In this document: positions 25,317-36,377 of the stretch, one piece after another
Numbering within the stretch: the first letter of the stretch is position 1
Layout of the letters: every line of letters starts with the position of its first letter
NCBI RefSeq assembly: GCF_006345805.1
Contig: NC_042998.1
Location: 63,674,001-63,738,000 of the forward strand
Direction: 5' to 3'
DNA length: 64,000 nucleotides
From: Octopus sinensis
Lineage: Eukaryota
The notes under the pieces: model-generated
Databases searched by the model: none
Told to the model about the DNA's origin: nothing
Seen by the model: only the letters and a program-made list of their open reading frames with translations
Program-made: the position numbers and the translations under genes

Positions 25317-26293
25317 AGAAGAAGAAGAAGAAGAAGAAGAAGAAAAAGAAGAAGAAACAACAAAAGCTATAAAACAAATGAAATCCAAACTAAAAATAGA
25401 ACAGCAACGAACCATGATAAAACGATGGCAAGAAAAGTACCTTCATGGCAAATACTGGACTAAACTAAATGCAAAAGAAATAGACAAAGAAAAATCCCAA
25501 CAATGGTTGAGAAGCTAAGCACTAAAATCAGAGACAGAAGGATTTTTAATTGCAGCACAAGACCAAAGCCTCCCCACCAGAAATTACCAAAAACATGTAA
25601 TGAACAGAAATATAACAAGTAACTGCAGAATATGTGGAGATGGATAAGAAACAATAAATCATATTATCTCTGGCTGCCCAGTCCTGGCTAAGAAGGAATA
25701 TATTCACAGACATGGCAGAGTTGGGACCTATATAAACTGGAATCTATGCCAACATTATGGAATAACAATAGAAAAAATATGGTATAGGCACACACCAGAA
25801 AAGGTCACAGAAAACGAGAAAGCAACCATACTCTCGTATATGCCAATACTCACAGATAGAGAAATTAAGGCCAACAGACCAGATATAGTTGTCAGAGATC
25901 ATGAAGAAAAAAAATGCTTTCTAATTGATGTATCAATACCAGCGGATGACAACGTGTCTCTAAAAGAAATGTAGAAACTTTCAAAATACAAAGACCTGGA
26001 AATAGAGGTAACTAGAATGTGGAATCTAAAAACAGAAACAATTCCTATCATAATAGGTGCATTAGGCATGATAAAAAAATTTTCAAACAAATACATAACA
26101 AATGCACCAGGACTTACAAACACGTATAACATACAGAAAATTGCACTACTAGGCACTGCACAGAACCTACGCAGAACAATTTCCATACAATAACCATTAG
26201 AGCATTACAACAAATCACAGCACATACCCAAGGCACACAGAGCTGTGCTCGGTAGTGAAGTGAAAGCACGATATAAAAAATAAAACTACTGAA
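23989..26293 (+). mobile_element. R4/Dong-like non-LTR retrotransposon (RT + CCHC + restriction-like endonuclease), 5'-truncated and inactivated
   Basis: GCRKGSYGFKDQLMINKAI, AWINYRKAFDSIPH, IFQGDTLTLLLFCL, YMDGLKLY, YKYLGI, GGRGL; AAQDQSLPTRNY; CRICGD..ETINHIISGC; NRPDIVV..LIDVSIP. In-frame stops. The 3' UTR runs into (TAA)n. Confidence 0.9.
25147..25356 (+). repeat. (GAA)n expansion in frame within the LINE ORF (~70 codons, mostly Glu)
   Basis: Seen directly; translated in ORF 24706-25518. Confidence 0.95.
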
Positions 26294-26298
26294 TAATG

Positions 26299-26365
<67 letters not shown>

Positions 26366-26371
26366 TAATAA

Positions 26372-27190
26372 CAGAAGCAAACCCATCAGTGGCTACGGAG
26401 CTCAGGGCTAAAAGCAGAGAGCGAAGGTTTCATCCTGGCTACTCAAGATCAAAGCCTATTAACCCGGAACTACCAGGCCAATGTTATGAAAAATGGAGCA
26501 AACCCAAAATGCCGATTCTGCAACGACATGATTGAAACAGTGGACCACCTAATCTCTGGATGTAAAGTCTTAGCACCAGTGGAGTATAAATTAAGACATG
26601 ACAGAGTTGGCCAATATCTACACTGGCTAATAAGTCGGCATTACAATATCAAAACTGCCGACAAGTGGTATAATCACCACCATGAGGCTGTAACTGAAGG
26701 AGAAAATGTAACCATTCTGTGGGACTTTCCAGTACATACAGACCGAACCATCAAGGCCAATAAACCAGATATTGTTGTGAAAGACCAAAACAATAAAGTT
26801 TGCTTATTGATCGACATGAGCATCCCCTGTGATCATAATATCTCAGCGAAAGAGTTTGACAAGCTCAGAAAATATAAAGACCTACTCATTGAAATTGAGA
26901 AAATGAGGCATCTCAAGGCGGTTACAATACCAGTGATCGTAGGAGCACTAGGAATGATCAAGAAGGGAACCGAAAATTATATGAGAATGATCCCTGGCTT
27001 ACCATCCCTGCAAGAAGTGCAAAAGATTGTCTTAACTGGTACATCACACGTATTGAGAAGAGCATTTTCGATGTGAGAACTGTTGCTGCTCATGTATTTT
27101 AATTTAACTTAAAAAAAAATATATATATATATACACTATGAGTTTCTTTGCCCTAGGAGTCGGGAAGACACTCGGCAAGAAATGGAAGCA
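26372..27190 (+). mobile_element. R4/Dong-like LINE 3' fragment, second subfamily, copy 1 (frame open)
   Basis: THQWLRSSGLKAESEGFILATQDQSLLTRNYQANV continues into ORF 26486-27076 with CRFC..DHLISGC and KPDIVVKD..LIDMSIP. Confidence 0.9.
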
Positions 27191-27274
27191 AATTTGAAAG
27201 AAGAAAAAAAAGTAATAATAATAATAATAATGATAATAATAATAATAATAATAATAATAATATAATGATAATAA

Positions 27275-28093
27275 CAGAAGCAAACCCATCAGTGGCTACG
27301 GAGCTCAGGGCTAAAAGCAGAGAGCGAAGGTTTCATCCTGGCTACTCAAGATCAAAGCCTATTAACCCGGAACTACCAGGCCAATGTTATGAAAAATGGA
27401 GCAAACCCAAAATGCCGATTCTGCAACGACATGATTGAAACAGTGGACCACCTAATCTCTGGATGTAAAGTCTTAGCACCAGTGGAGTATAAATTAAGAC
27501 ATGACAGAGTTGGCCAATATCTACACTGGCTAATAAGTCGGCATTACAATATCAAAACTGCCGACAAGTGGTATAATCACCACCATGAGGCTGTAACTGA
27601 AGGAGAAAATGTAACCATTCTGTGGGACTTTCCAGTACATACAGACCGAACCATCAAGGCCAATAAACCAGATATTGTTGTGAAAGACCAAAACAATAAA
27701 GTTTGCTTATTGATCGACATGAGCATCCCCTGTGATCATAATATCTCAGCGAAAGAGTTTGACAAGCTCAGAAAATATAAAGACCTACTCATTGAAATTG
27801 AGAAAATGAGGCATCTCAAGGCGGTTACAATACCAGTGATCGTAGGAGCACTAGGAATGATCAAGAAGGGAACCGAAAATTATATGAGAATGATCCCTGG
27901 CTTACCATCCCTGCAAGAAGTGCAAAAGATTGTCTTAACTGGTACATCACACGTATTGAGAAGAGCATTTTCGATGTGAGAACTGTTGCTGCTCATGTAT
28001 TTTAATTTAACTTAAAAAAAAAATATATATATATACACTATGAGTTTCTTTGCCCTAGGAGTCGGGAAGACACTCGGCAAGAAATGGAAGCAA
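27275..28093 (+). mobile_element. Tandem duplicate of the preceding LINE fragment (903-bp offset)
   Basis: ORF 27389-27979 is identical in protein to 26486-27076. Same 5' truncation point. Confidence 0.95.
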
Positions 28094-28134
28094 ATTTGAA
28101 AGAAGAAAAAAAAGTAATAATAATAATAATAATG

Positions 28135-28172
<38 letters not shown>

Positions 28173-28214
28173 TATAATAATAATAATAATAATAATAATA
28201 TATATATTTGGAAT

Positions 28215-28400
28215 TTACAAAACAAATAAATATAATAGACAAAGAACAGTGTGTAAACAACAAACAGATGTATTAGTTTAACGCTAGGGAAGTGAGAAAG
28301 TCTTTTACGTTTCGAACCTACACTCTTCAACAGAAATGAACATAGAAATAAGCAGGGAGAGAAAATAAAATATGTTTTAGTGGCTAGCTTTCAATCATGG
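28215..28400 (-). mobile_element. Probable PLE pLTR fragment containing a hammerhead-like motif (28302-28336)
   Basis: Minus: ttt-ctgttga-a-gagt(gtag)gttc-gaaa-cgta-aaag, i.e. core-like heptamer, stem II, GAAA, palindromic acgt, GUA. No coding remnant nearby. Confidence 0.5.
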
Positions 28401-28891
28401 CGAATATATGTATACACGTATATGTAATTATATTTAATTATAATAATAAGGGCACTAACGCTTTGGGCCACATCCTGCAGATAGACGCAGATAGCTTTTA
28501 CGGCTATTTTATCTCCGTGTTTCGCACTAGTAATTTTACAACGTGTTTGAGATTCAAAAATCTGATGTGGTTTTCTCAGAAGGCAGCACGATGGGGCTCC
28601 TGATAGGATCTTCCGTACAGCTATGTCTGATGACTTTTAAAATTTCTCTGCTATCGTTGGGAAAATTTTAAAACAAAGGAAAGCTTTTGTGACAATGAGA
28701 AGTACTCGCTGTTATGAGACTAAATTGGTACCGCATAAATAATAAGTGTGTGTGTGTGCGTATACGTGCACATGCATATATATAAAGTTTTGTAGAATAT
28801 AATCATATGTATATATATATATACACACACACACACATACATACATATACATATATACACACATACACACATACACACGCACATATATATA

Positions 28892-29230
28892 GGCGTAAGA
28901 ATGGCTGTGAGGTAAGTAGCTTGCTTACGGACCACATGGTTCCGGGTTCAGTGCCACTGCGTGGTACCTTGGGCAAGTGTCTTCTACTATAGCTTCGGGC
29001 CGACCAAAGCCTTGTGAGTGGATTTGGTAGACGGAAACTGAAAAAAGCCAGTCATATATATGTGAGTATATATGTTTGTGCATCTGTGTTTGTCCCTCAA
29101 CATCGCTTGACAACCGATGTTTGACGTAACTTAGCGGTTCAGCAAAAGAATCAGATAGGTTTACAAAGAATAAGACCTGGGGTCGATTTGCTCGACTAAA
29201 TGACTGAAACAAGTAACAGAATAAAAGAAT
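28892..29230 (+). mobile_element. SINE family A
   Basis: ggcgtaagaatggctgtgaggtaagtagcttgc..gttccgggttcagtgccactgcg..aaatgactgaaacaagtaac. Confidence 0.92.
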
Positions 29231-29249
29231 ATATTTACATAGGTAAACC

Positions 29250-29558
29250 GAACGCTGATCTTAGTTTCCTCCCAGCAGCCGTTAGACGACAGTGTAGAAT
29301 ATGTCGCTTCAAAATTATTTGAAATAGTCGAACTGCAGACCTGGATGGAGAGCAAAGATAATTGTGAATAAATCAATGTGATGACAGATTTTAAACTGAT
29401 TAAGTTTTACACATGCACCTGCAACCTGTCGAACAGCTTTCAAGATAGTTTAGCACATTTTTGAACGCTGATCTTAGTTTCCTCCCAGCAGCCGTTACAC
29501 GACAGTGTAGAATATGTCGCTTCAAAACTATTTGAAATAGTCGAACTGCAGACCTGGA
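29250..29558 (+). repeat. Direct repeat, 2 x 96 bp (29250-29345 and 29463-29558)
   Basis: gaacgctgatcttagtttcctcccagcagccgtta..ctgcagacctgga occurs twice with two substitutions. Confidence 0.95.
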
Positions 29559-31530
29559 ATGTCTACAAATTTTTGCGGATTTCCGTTGTTCTTCTTGTAG
29601 TTACCAACATATCTTCGATGGGATCAGAAATATCGGGTATTCATCCAAGCGATTAAAGTAAGAATATTCTTTTTGCTTTAAGGATGATAATCAGTTTTAA
29701 CTGGTTGCGTGTAATCACACTAATTTACTAGTTTCAAATGACAATTAATTTTGTTCATATTTCTCCATAATTAAACAAAATGTCACAATAATTCTGCTTG
29801 TCTTTACGTTACTTAGCCCTCGCTAACGCTTTCACGTGATAAAGGAAAAAGAGGGAGAAAGAAAAAGGGAGATAGAAAAAGAGAGGCAGAAAGAGACAGA
29901 ATAAAAAGGAGGGAGAGAGAAGCGTTCATAGTATGTGATAGGGGAATGTAATATGTATTACGAGGTTCAAAAATGTAGTTGAAGATAGTGATATAGAGGA
30001 GAGTTTGGAACAATTTTTACAGAGCGGTGATGTTCTGATAGTGAGATTAAAGAAAGGCAGATAGAAAGAGAGAGAGGGGGAGAGAGAGAAAGAGAGAGAG
30101 ATGATGATGACGATGATGATGGTGGCGGTGATGGTGAGTCCATAGTGAAGATTAATATTTTAATCGAACTAATTTTTATTTTATCACCTACAAATTGAAA
30201 TGTTTATTGGCTCCGACCCATCGCCGTAGCTCATAAGTTACTACTTATAAGATGTGGTTGCATTAAATTTCCTCCCTATATTTTATATATAAAATTTTTA
30301 GTTCCTTAATATGAATTTGTGACCATGTAAATTGTAAGACGTAATTTGTATTTTGTTTATGGGGAAAATGGAACAAATAGGAGAGAATATTTTTTTTACG
30401 AGTACTATGTATTAATATTATAATATTATGTATAAAGTATATATTGTATTTATATAAGGTTCGTTAAGTAATCATCGTATTTTCAAATTCCTTCACTTTT
30501 CAATGATTATGGCTATCTTTTGATACAACCACAACACAGGCTACACTTTCAGGTCTCTTGGATTCATTTGCAGGAATAACACAATATGTTTACTATTAAT
30601 TCAGTGAAATATTCATGGTTCCTTCTAGTTTATCATTAATTTAACTTTACTAATAGTAGTATATTCTGAAAACGATAAAACGATATTACACTGCCATATC
30701 TGCACGAAAATGTTTTGCATAAATGAAATTCGAACCCATAAAAGTGTTGAAAAAGTAAACCGCGTCATCTAAAATAATCGAGCTTATGTTACGAATCTAA
30801 AATTCTTGAAGAATTGTGTTTAGTGTATTTTGTATTGAAAAACCTTGTAAAAATAACGTAAAATGCAATTTTGATGACGGTCTTATTTGGGTACATCTGA
30901 TAAGGGATATTTTTTAGAAGGCAAAATTGTCAATAGTTTTAGTGATAATTGTAGAATTTACAAATTCTCTAAATATTATTTTCTCGAATTTTTTCAAAAT
31001 ATTCAAACATATTCGAATATATATTAAAAATATACAACCGAATTGTTAAAATATTATTTTACAGCAGTGAAAAAGGAACGTATTTCTAAAAAAAGTAGAT
31101 TTTAAAGGATGTCTTATATATTTCATTTATTTATTTAAATTCTTACCTTTATAGCAAAAATATAAAAACCAGTTCCACGGGTGAAATCATGTGATCTAAT
31201 AAATCATGTTTCGTTGTAAATCGCTATCGCTTTTAACTTTCTGAGAGCTTATATAATTTAATATGATTTTTTTTTACTGTTTAAACAAATATTTGTAATC
31301 AATATTCTCTAAGATAAATCAATAACATACTACTTTCTAAGCGTGGTTTTTTAGTCGTCTTATTTAATCACTTGAATATACATAATATAATATATATCTG
31401 AATTAGAATTTTTTTCATAAATGTTTATTTATACGTGACAGAAAGAACATTTTGGTTGTATTTAATCGTCTTAATGTTGATTTTAGTCCTTCTATCAGGT
31501 GTGTAGTGGAGTAGGAGTAGAAATATGTAA

Positions 31531-31616
<86 letters not shown>

Positions 31617-32001
31617 ATACGTTGTGTGATCATACGTATATTGTGAAATTAAAGAAAAATCGAATAAAAATGTTTCAAGAACACATATAATAATGTAGCA
31701 AAGTGCCATGTATGAAATTAAACGAGATCTAAAAGAAAGCAAAGTGACAAACTATGTGTGAACAAAAGGTATGAGTTGCTGAAGTGAAAATCCTAATTAT
31801 AGGGCATATATATAAATTATGTGCTATTTGAAAAAACAAGAAAAATATGTGTGTTCCGTTGAAGGTTCGAATCGTTGAATATTCCATGTTACTACGCTCT
31901 GATTTGACAAGAGTACTTGTGTTTTTTAATTATAAGAAATGAGAATAAGAGGAAGAAATATGTTGAGCTAGTGAGGTGGCATACATGTTGAGCTAGTGTA
32001 G

Positions 32002-32307
32002 GTGGCATACATATCGTATGCAGACATGTACGTCCGCAGAGCTAACATCATGCCTGTCAGCACATGTTCCGGTATACTGGAGGCCATCAGGTTCGCTATG
32101 GAGACAACAGAATTTGTTTCAAATCAGGAAGTACGAGCTTTAGAAGTGGCAGGGCTATCAAATATAATGATATACGGACCGAGGCTAGGTCTTGGTCAAC
32201 CCCGGCTGTATCGGCTGTGTAACGTTGAAAGACCAAATGTACCTCTGACGTTGTCTAACTTTGAAAGATCAGATATACCTAATGAATACAGGTATCATAA
32301 CAGATAA
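32002..32307 (+). CDS. Orphan ~100-codon ORF, unknown product (candidate exon or unrecognised TE/viral fragment)
   Basis: Non-repetitive, GC-balanced island in very AT-rich surroundings with an ordinary amino-acid composition. No motif recognised. Confidence 0.25.
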   Translation: MAYISYADMYVRRANIMPVSTCSGILEAIRFAMETTEFVSNQEVRALEVAGLSNIMIYGPRLGLGQPRLYRLCNVERPNVPLTLSNFERSDIPNEYRYHNR

Positions 32308-33729
32308 TGTGCTCAGGTGCATCACAGGGTGATCTGTGGAGCAATCATCATTTCAATGTGATACTAAATATATTTTTGAACAATTTGTAGGAACAAAATT
32401 TCTTACATATAACTAATTTATTGAATTTTAATGAAAGTGATGTAAGAAACATTCAAATCATTCTCATGTGTTTCATTTACTATTACGCCATTATAATGGT
32501 TTGAATGTTTGCATGTGTAATATATCATATGATAAAAAGAGAATTTTGAATCCCAAATGCTTTCATTATAATGCACTGAAATGATTTACGAGAACAACTA
32601 CATAGACTAAAGTAATAAGATAAAAACATATAAAAATACATTTTGACTGAAATAAAGTTTTTTCTATTTCATACAAAAAACATGTCATGGATATAATAAA
32701 TCTTTGACGCGGAATTAATGTTTATACACAAACAGACTATATTCTATTTTCATTAAACTGATTGTAACTGAAACGTGAGAGTGATATTTTCAAAAATTCA
32801 TCTTAGCTTAGAATGATAAATTATAATGAATTCAACGGGTGAGTAGGACATTATTTTTATAGAAAAAGACGTCTAATTTAATGAATTATTTCCTCCATGT
32901 CTGGCTGGTACCAAATAACATGTTCACTGAATCACAGAGGCCTTTGATCTCCCCTTCTGAATGTACCATCCACGAAGCTCACCTAACCATCCCTATTCCT
33001 GACCACCCTTTTCAAATACCCCTAGATCCAGTCATATATTGTCACGTTTTGCCTAAGTGTAGATCACCAATAGCTTCATGACGCTTCTCTCTTTGACAGC
33101 CTAACGATCTAACTAAAGATTTGCATTAGGGGTTTCTTCTGAAGTACTACGTAATGACACTGTACCGGGGTCTTCGGAGGATGTGTCCGCTTCATTCCCA
33201 GTGTTTTAACTTGATCTTTGTGTAGTCTAGCCTATGTTAGTTTTGCTTTAACAAGCCTAAGTTATTGGTTTGTTGGTTTGATCAATGAATCCTGACGATC
33301 GTTCTGAGGTAATGTTTTATGAAAGTCTAAATCATCAAATGATACGTAGGAACCATCACTTATTCATATACACTTCTGGCTTGTTGTTGGTTGGTATCCG
33401 TTGATCAATTCCCATCTAACAGGCTTACTGCATGGAGGTAATCTGGCGGACATCACAATACATCCCTGGTCCACAACCATATACCTCACCCTCAAAATTT
33501 AGAACTGATTCTTGTCGTGTATAGTGCCATAGCCTGGAGACATTTCACTCGTTCCACTACACAGTCTGTTTCCCTATCTGATGGACAGTATCCTCATGAG
33601 TGCTTGCATAGAAGTAAATGGACCCAGCATGCGGCTAGAGTAGAAAATACGTGCACGAGATAGCATGCACTGGGTCAGACACCAGGAACATATGATTGGG
33701 AAGCAAACATCTTACCAATCACGCCTGTG

Positions 33730-33769
<40 letters not shown>

Positions 33770-33770
<1 letters not shown>

Positions 33771-34205
33771 GAAATATGTTGCAAAACGAAAATAGAAACT
33801 ATACGTGGAAATGTAAAGGGAAAGAAGAAGATAAATAAGTGAAAGTGCACATTGGAAATCTAAAAAGTAAAGGCTTTTTACGAAAAGTAACGATAGATAG
33901 AAACAATTAAATGAACTGAGGTAGGTATAACAGTAATAAAAGTCATTATTGTGAATTATTAAAGAGATTTAAAAGCATACCGGTTTCGTAAAATTACCAA
34001 TAATTGCTTTGAATGCACACCGATTAATGAACGGTGACTGGTCTACTAGTCCTTGAGTAAAGAGATTATGAGTAAGGGAGGTAAGTAGTTCTGGATTTGG
34101 TCCAATTAGGGTAGATATAGATCTGTAATGTGAATGGTGTATGGGATGTATGGGGGTTAGTGGTATTAATTGAGAGGTTAGTAGTGTTATGTATTATGCT
34201 ATGTG
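33770..34205 (-). mobile_element. PLE 3' UTR/pLTR remnant related to 52100-52490
   Basis: Shares tacgtggaaatgtaa and gtaagggaggtaagtagttctggattt blocks with the flank of the GIY-YIG ORF at 52 kb. Confidence 0.7.
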
Positions 34206-34324
34206 TTCATATTGAGGTGTGGAAGATATTTATTTATATATATATATCGGATTAACTGTAACCTCCACCTTGTAACCGACGGAGTGCTAGTTATATACAT
34301 ATATACTTTCTTTTGTTTTTTTAA

Positions 34325-34610
34325 TTTGCTTCTGTTAATTGACCGCAGCCATGCTGGAGCACAACATTATATGGGATTTAGTCGCACAGATCGACCCCAC
34401 GACTTATTCTTTGCAAGCCTAGTACTTTTCTATCGGTACCTTTTGCAGAACTGCTAAATGACGGGGACATAGACACACCACCATCGGATGTCAAGTGATG
34501 TTGGTGGGGATAAATACAAACATAAAAACATAAATGTATATGTATATATATATTTATATATACACGACGGGCTTCTTCAAGGTCTAACAAGACATTGGTC
34601 AACCTGAGGG
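34325..34610 (-). mobile_element. SINE family A, partial
   Basis: gcagccatgctggagcac..tcgaccccacgacttattctttgcaagcctagtac. Confidence 0.8.
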
Positions 34611-34681
34611 CTACTTTGGTTAATAATTTACCAAAGGTATCTTCAACAACTTAACAATTATGTACTTATTATGTACTTGTG

Positions 34682-35045
34682 GAAGCACAATGGCCCAGTG
34701 ATTAGGGCAGCGAACTCGCGGTCATAGGATCGCGGTTTCGATTCCTAGACCGGGCGTTGTTAATGTTTATGGAGCGAAAACACCTAAAGCTCTATGTGGC
34801 TCCGCCAGGTGATGGTTGTGAACCCTGCTGTTCTCTTTCACAACGACTTTTTTCACTCTTTCTTCCTGTTTCTGTTGTACCTGTATTTCAAAGGGCTAGT
34901 CTTGTCACACTGAATCTCCCCGAGAATCAAGTCAAGAGTACACGTGTCTCTGGAGTGCTCAGCCACTTGCACGTTAATTTCACGCGCAAGCTGTTCCATT
35001 GATCGGATCAACTGGAACCCTCGTCGTCGTAACCGACGGAGTGCT
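34682..35045 (+). mobile_element. SINE family C variant with a different 3' half
   Basis: Head gcacaatggcccagtgattagggcagcgaactcgcggtcataggatcgcggtttcgattcc matches family C. Tail ends gtcgtaaccgacggagtgc. Confidence 0.75.
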
Positions 35046-36089
35046 ACATTATTACGTACTTATTCTTTTGTTACACCTTTAACTACTCAACCATTTGACA
35101 TGAAACTCTTGAGCAATTTACAATATAATATTTTTCCTGATTCCTCTCTCTTTTGTCTCATTTCATTGTTTTTTTACTAAATCTATACACCTTGTCTGCT
35201 GTTTCATTGCCTGAATAATTTCCAATATTTTTATATTTATCGAAATTAAGTGAAGTTACCTTAAAACTTTATCGGCAAAGAATGCTTAATTAATGTATAC
35301 AGTGCTGAACTTAGTACAATTCAGACTATGGTAATGTTTCAGTAGAATTAGTAAAGTTAGATTGATTGTACTCAACATTGATACCGGCAAGCTATTGATA
35401 CCTATAAGCTGAATTGTAAAGTTAATGGACATAATCGATCAATGTAGTTAGTTCCAAGTACTGCCACATCCCTGCAGATACAATTGCAAAACTGACACGA
35501 GTTACTTATATTATTGCAATAAAAATAGATATGGGTTCCTCATGAGTGCTTATAGCTTTAACTCACTGCTCCCAGTATCATTTCACTTCATTGATACAGG
35601 TAAGGTTCAACCCATTCATAGATCTAGAGTTTCGACTTAATAATACGCCTGAGATCTCAAGGTTTCAACCTATTTATACATTCAATATTTCAAATGATTG
35701 ACACATATAACGTTTCTATTTATTGATGAAAACAAAATTTCAACACGCTGAATCAACCAGAACTTCGAATGTTACCGGAACAAAATTAAATATACTGACA
35801 CTTATTCTTAAACTGCAAGCTCTTCCATGGTCTGTCTAGTGCTATATTGCACTTAGTTTCATACATAAGTTAGCCTTTTTAGAAAAGGAAGAGAATAACC
35901 GATTAAATCAACTTCGGGTACATGTCTAATCGAACGCAGAATGAATTAAATCTAAGCATTTCATCAAAATTAAAGATATGACAAAACTCAGATGTGTTTC
36001 ACAAAGGAATATGGCTTTCAAATTTGGTCCTGCTATTGCTCACATGGACATTCTAAGCAGCATAAAGAAGAAAGGCATTCAACAGACTG

Positions 36090-36312
36090 GCATAAAGTCA
36101 CCACCGAGTGTTTCCCATGAACGAATGCTCTAATATTCGAAACTCTAACTACATTAATCCGATCTTTTTGATTTTCCGAGAACTACATGGCCTCTGCTCC
36201 TTGGAGATAGCTGAGAATATGCTGTCTTCACTGAAGCAATTTCTATCCACGCTTCTCTACTTTCATTCTCACACTTCCTTTAACCGACCTTCCAGACCAC
36301 GCACTAACGCCT
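36090..36312 (+). mobile_element. Old LINE ORF2 C-terminal remnant
   Basis: IFRELHGLCSLEIAENML..HSHTSFNRPSRPRTN resembles LINE C-terminal tails. Recognition only. Confidence 0.4.
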
Positions 36313-36332
36313 AGTTCTTGTCAATCTCACAA

Positions 36333-36377
<45 letters not shown>

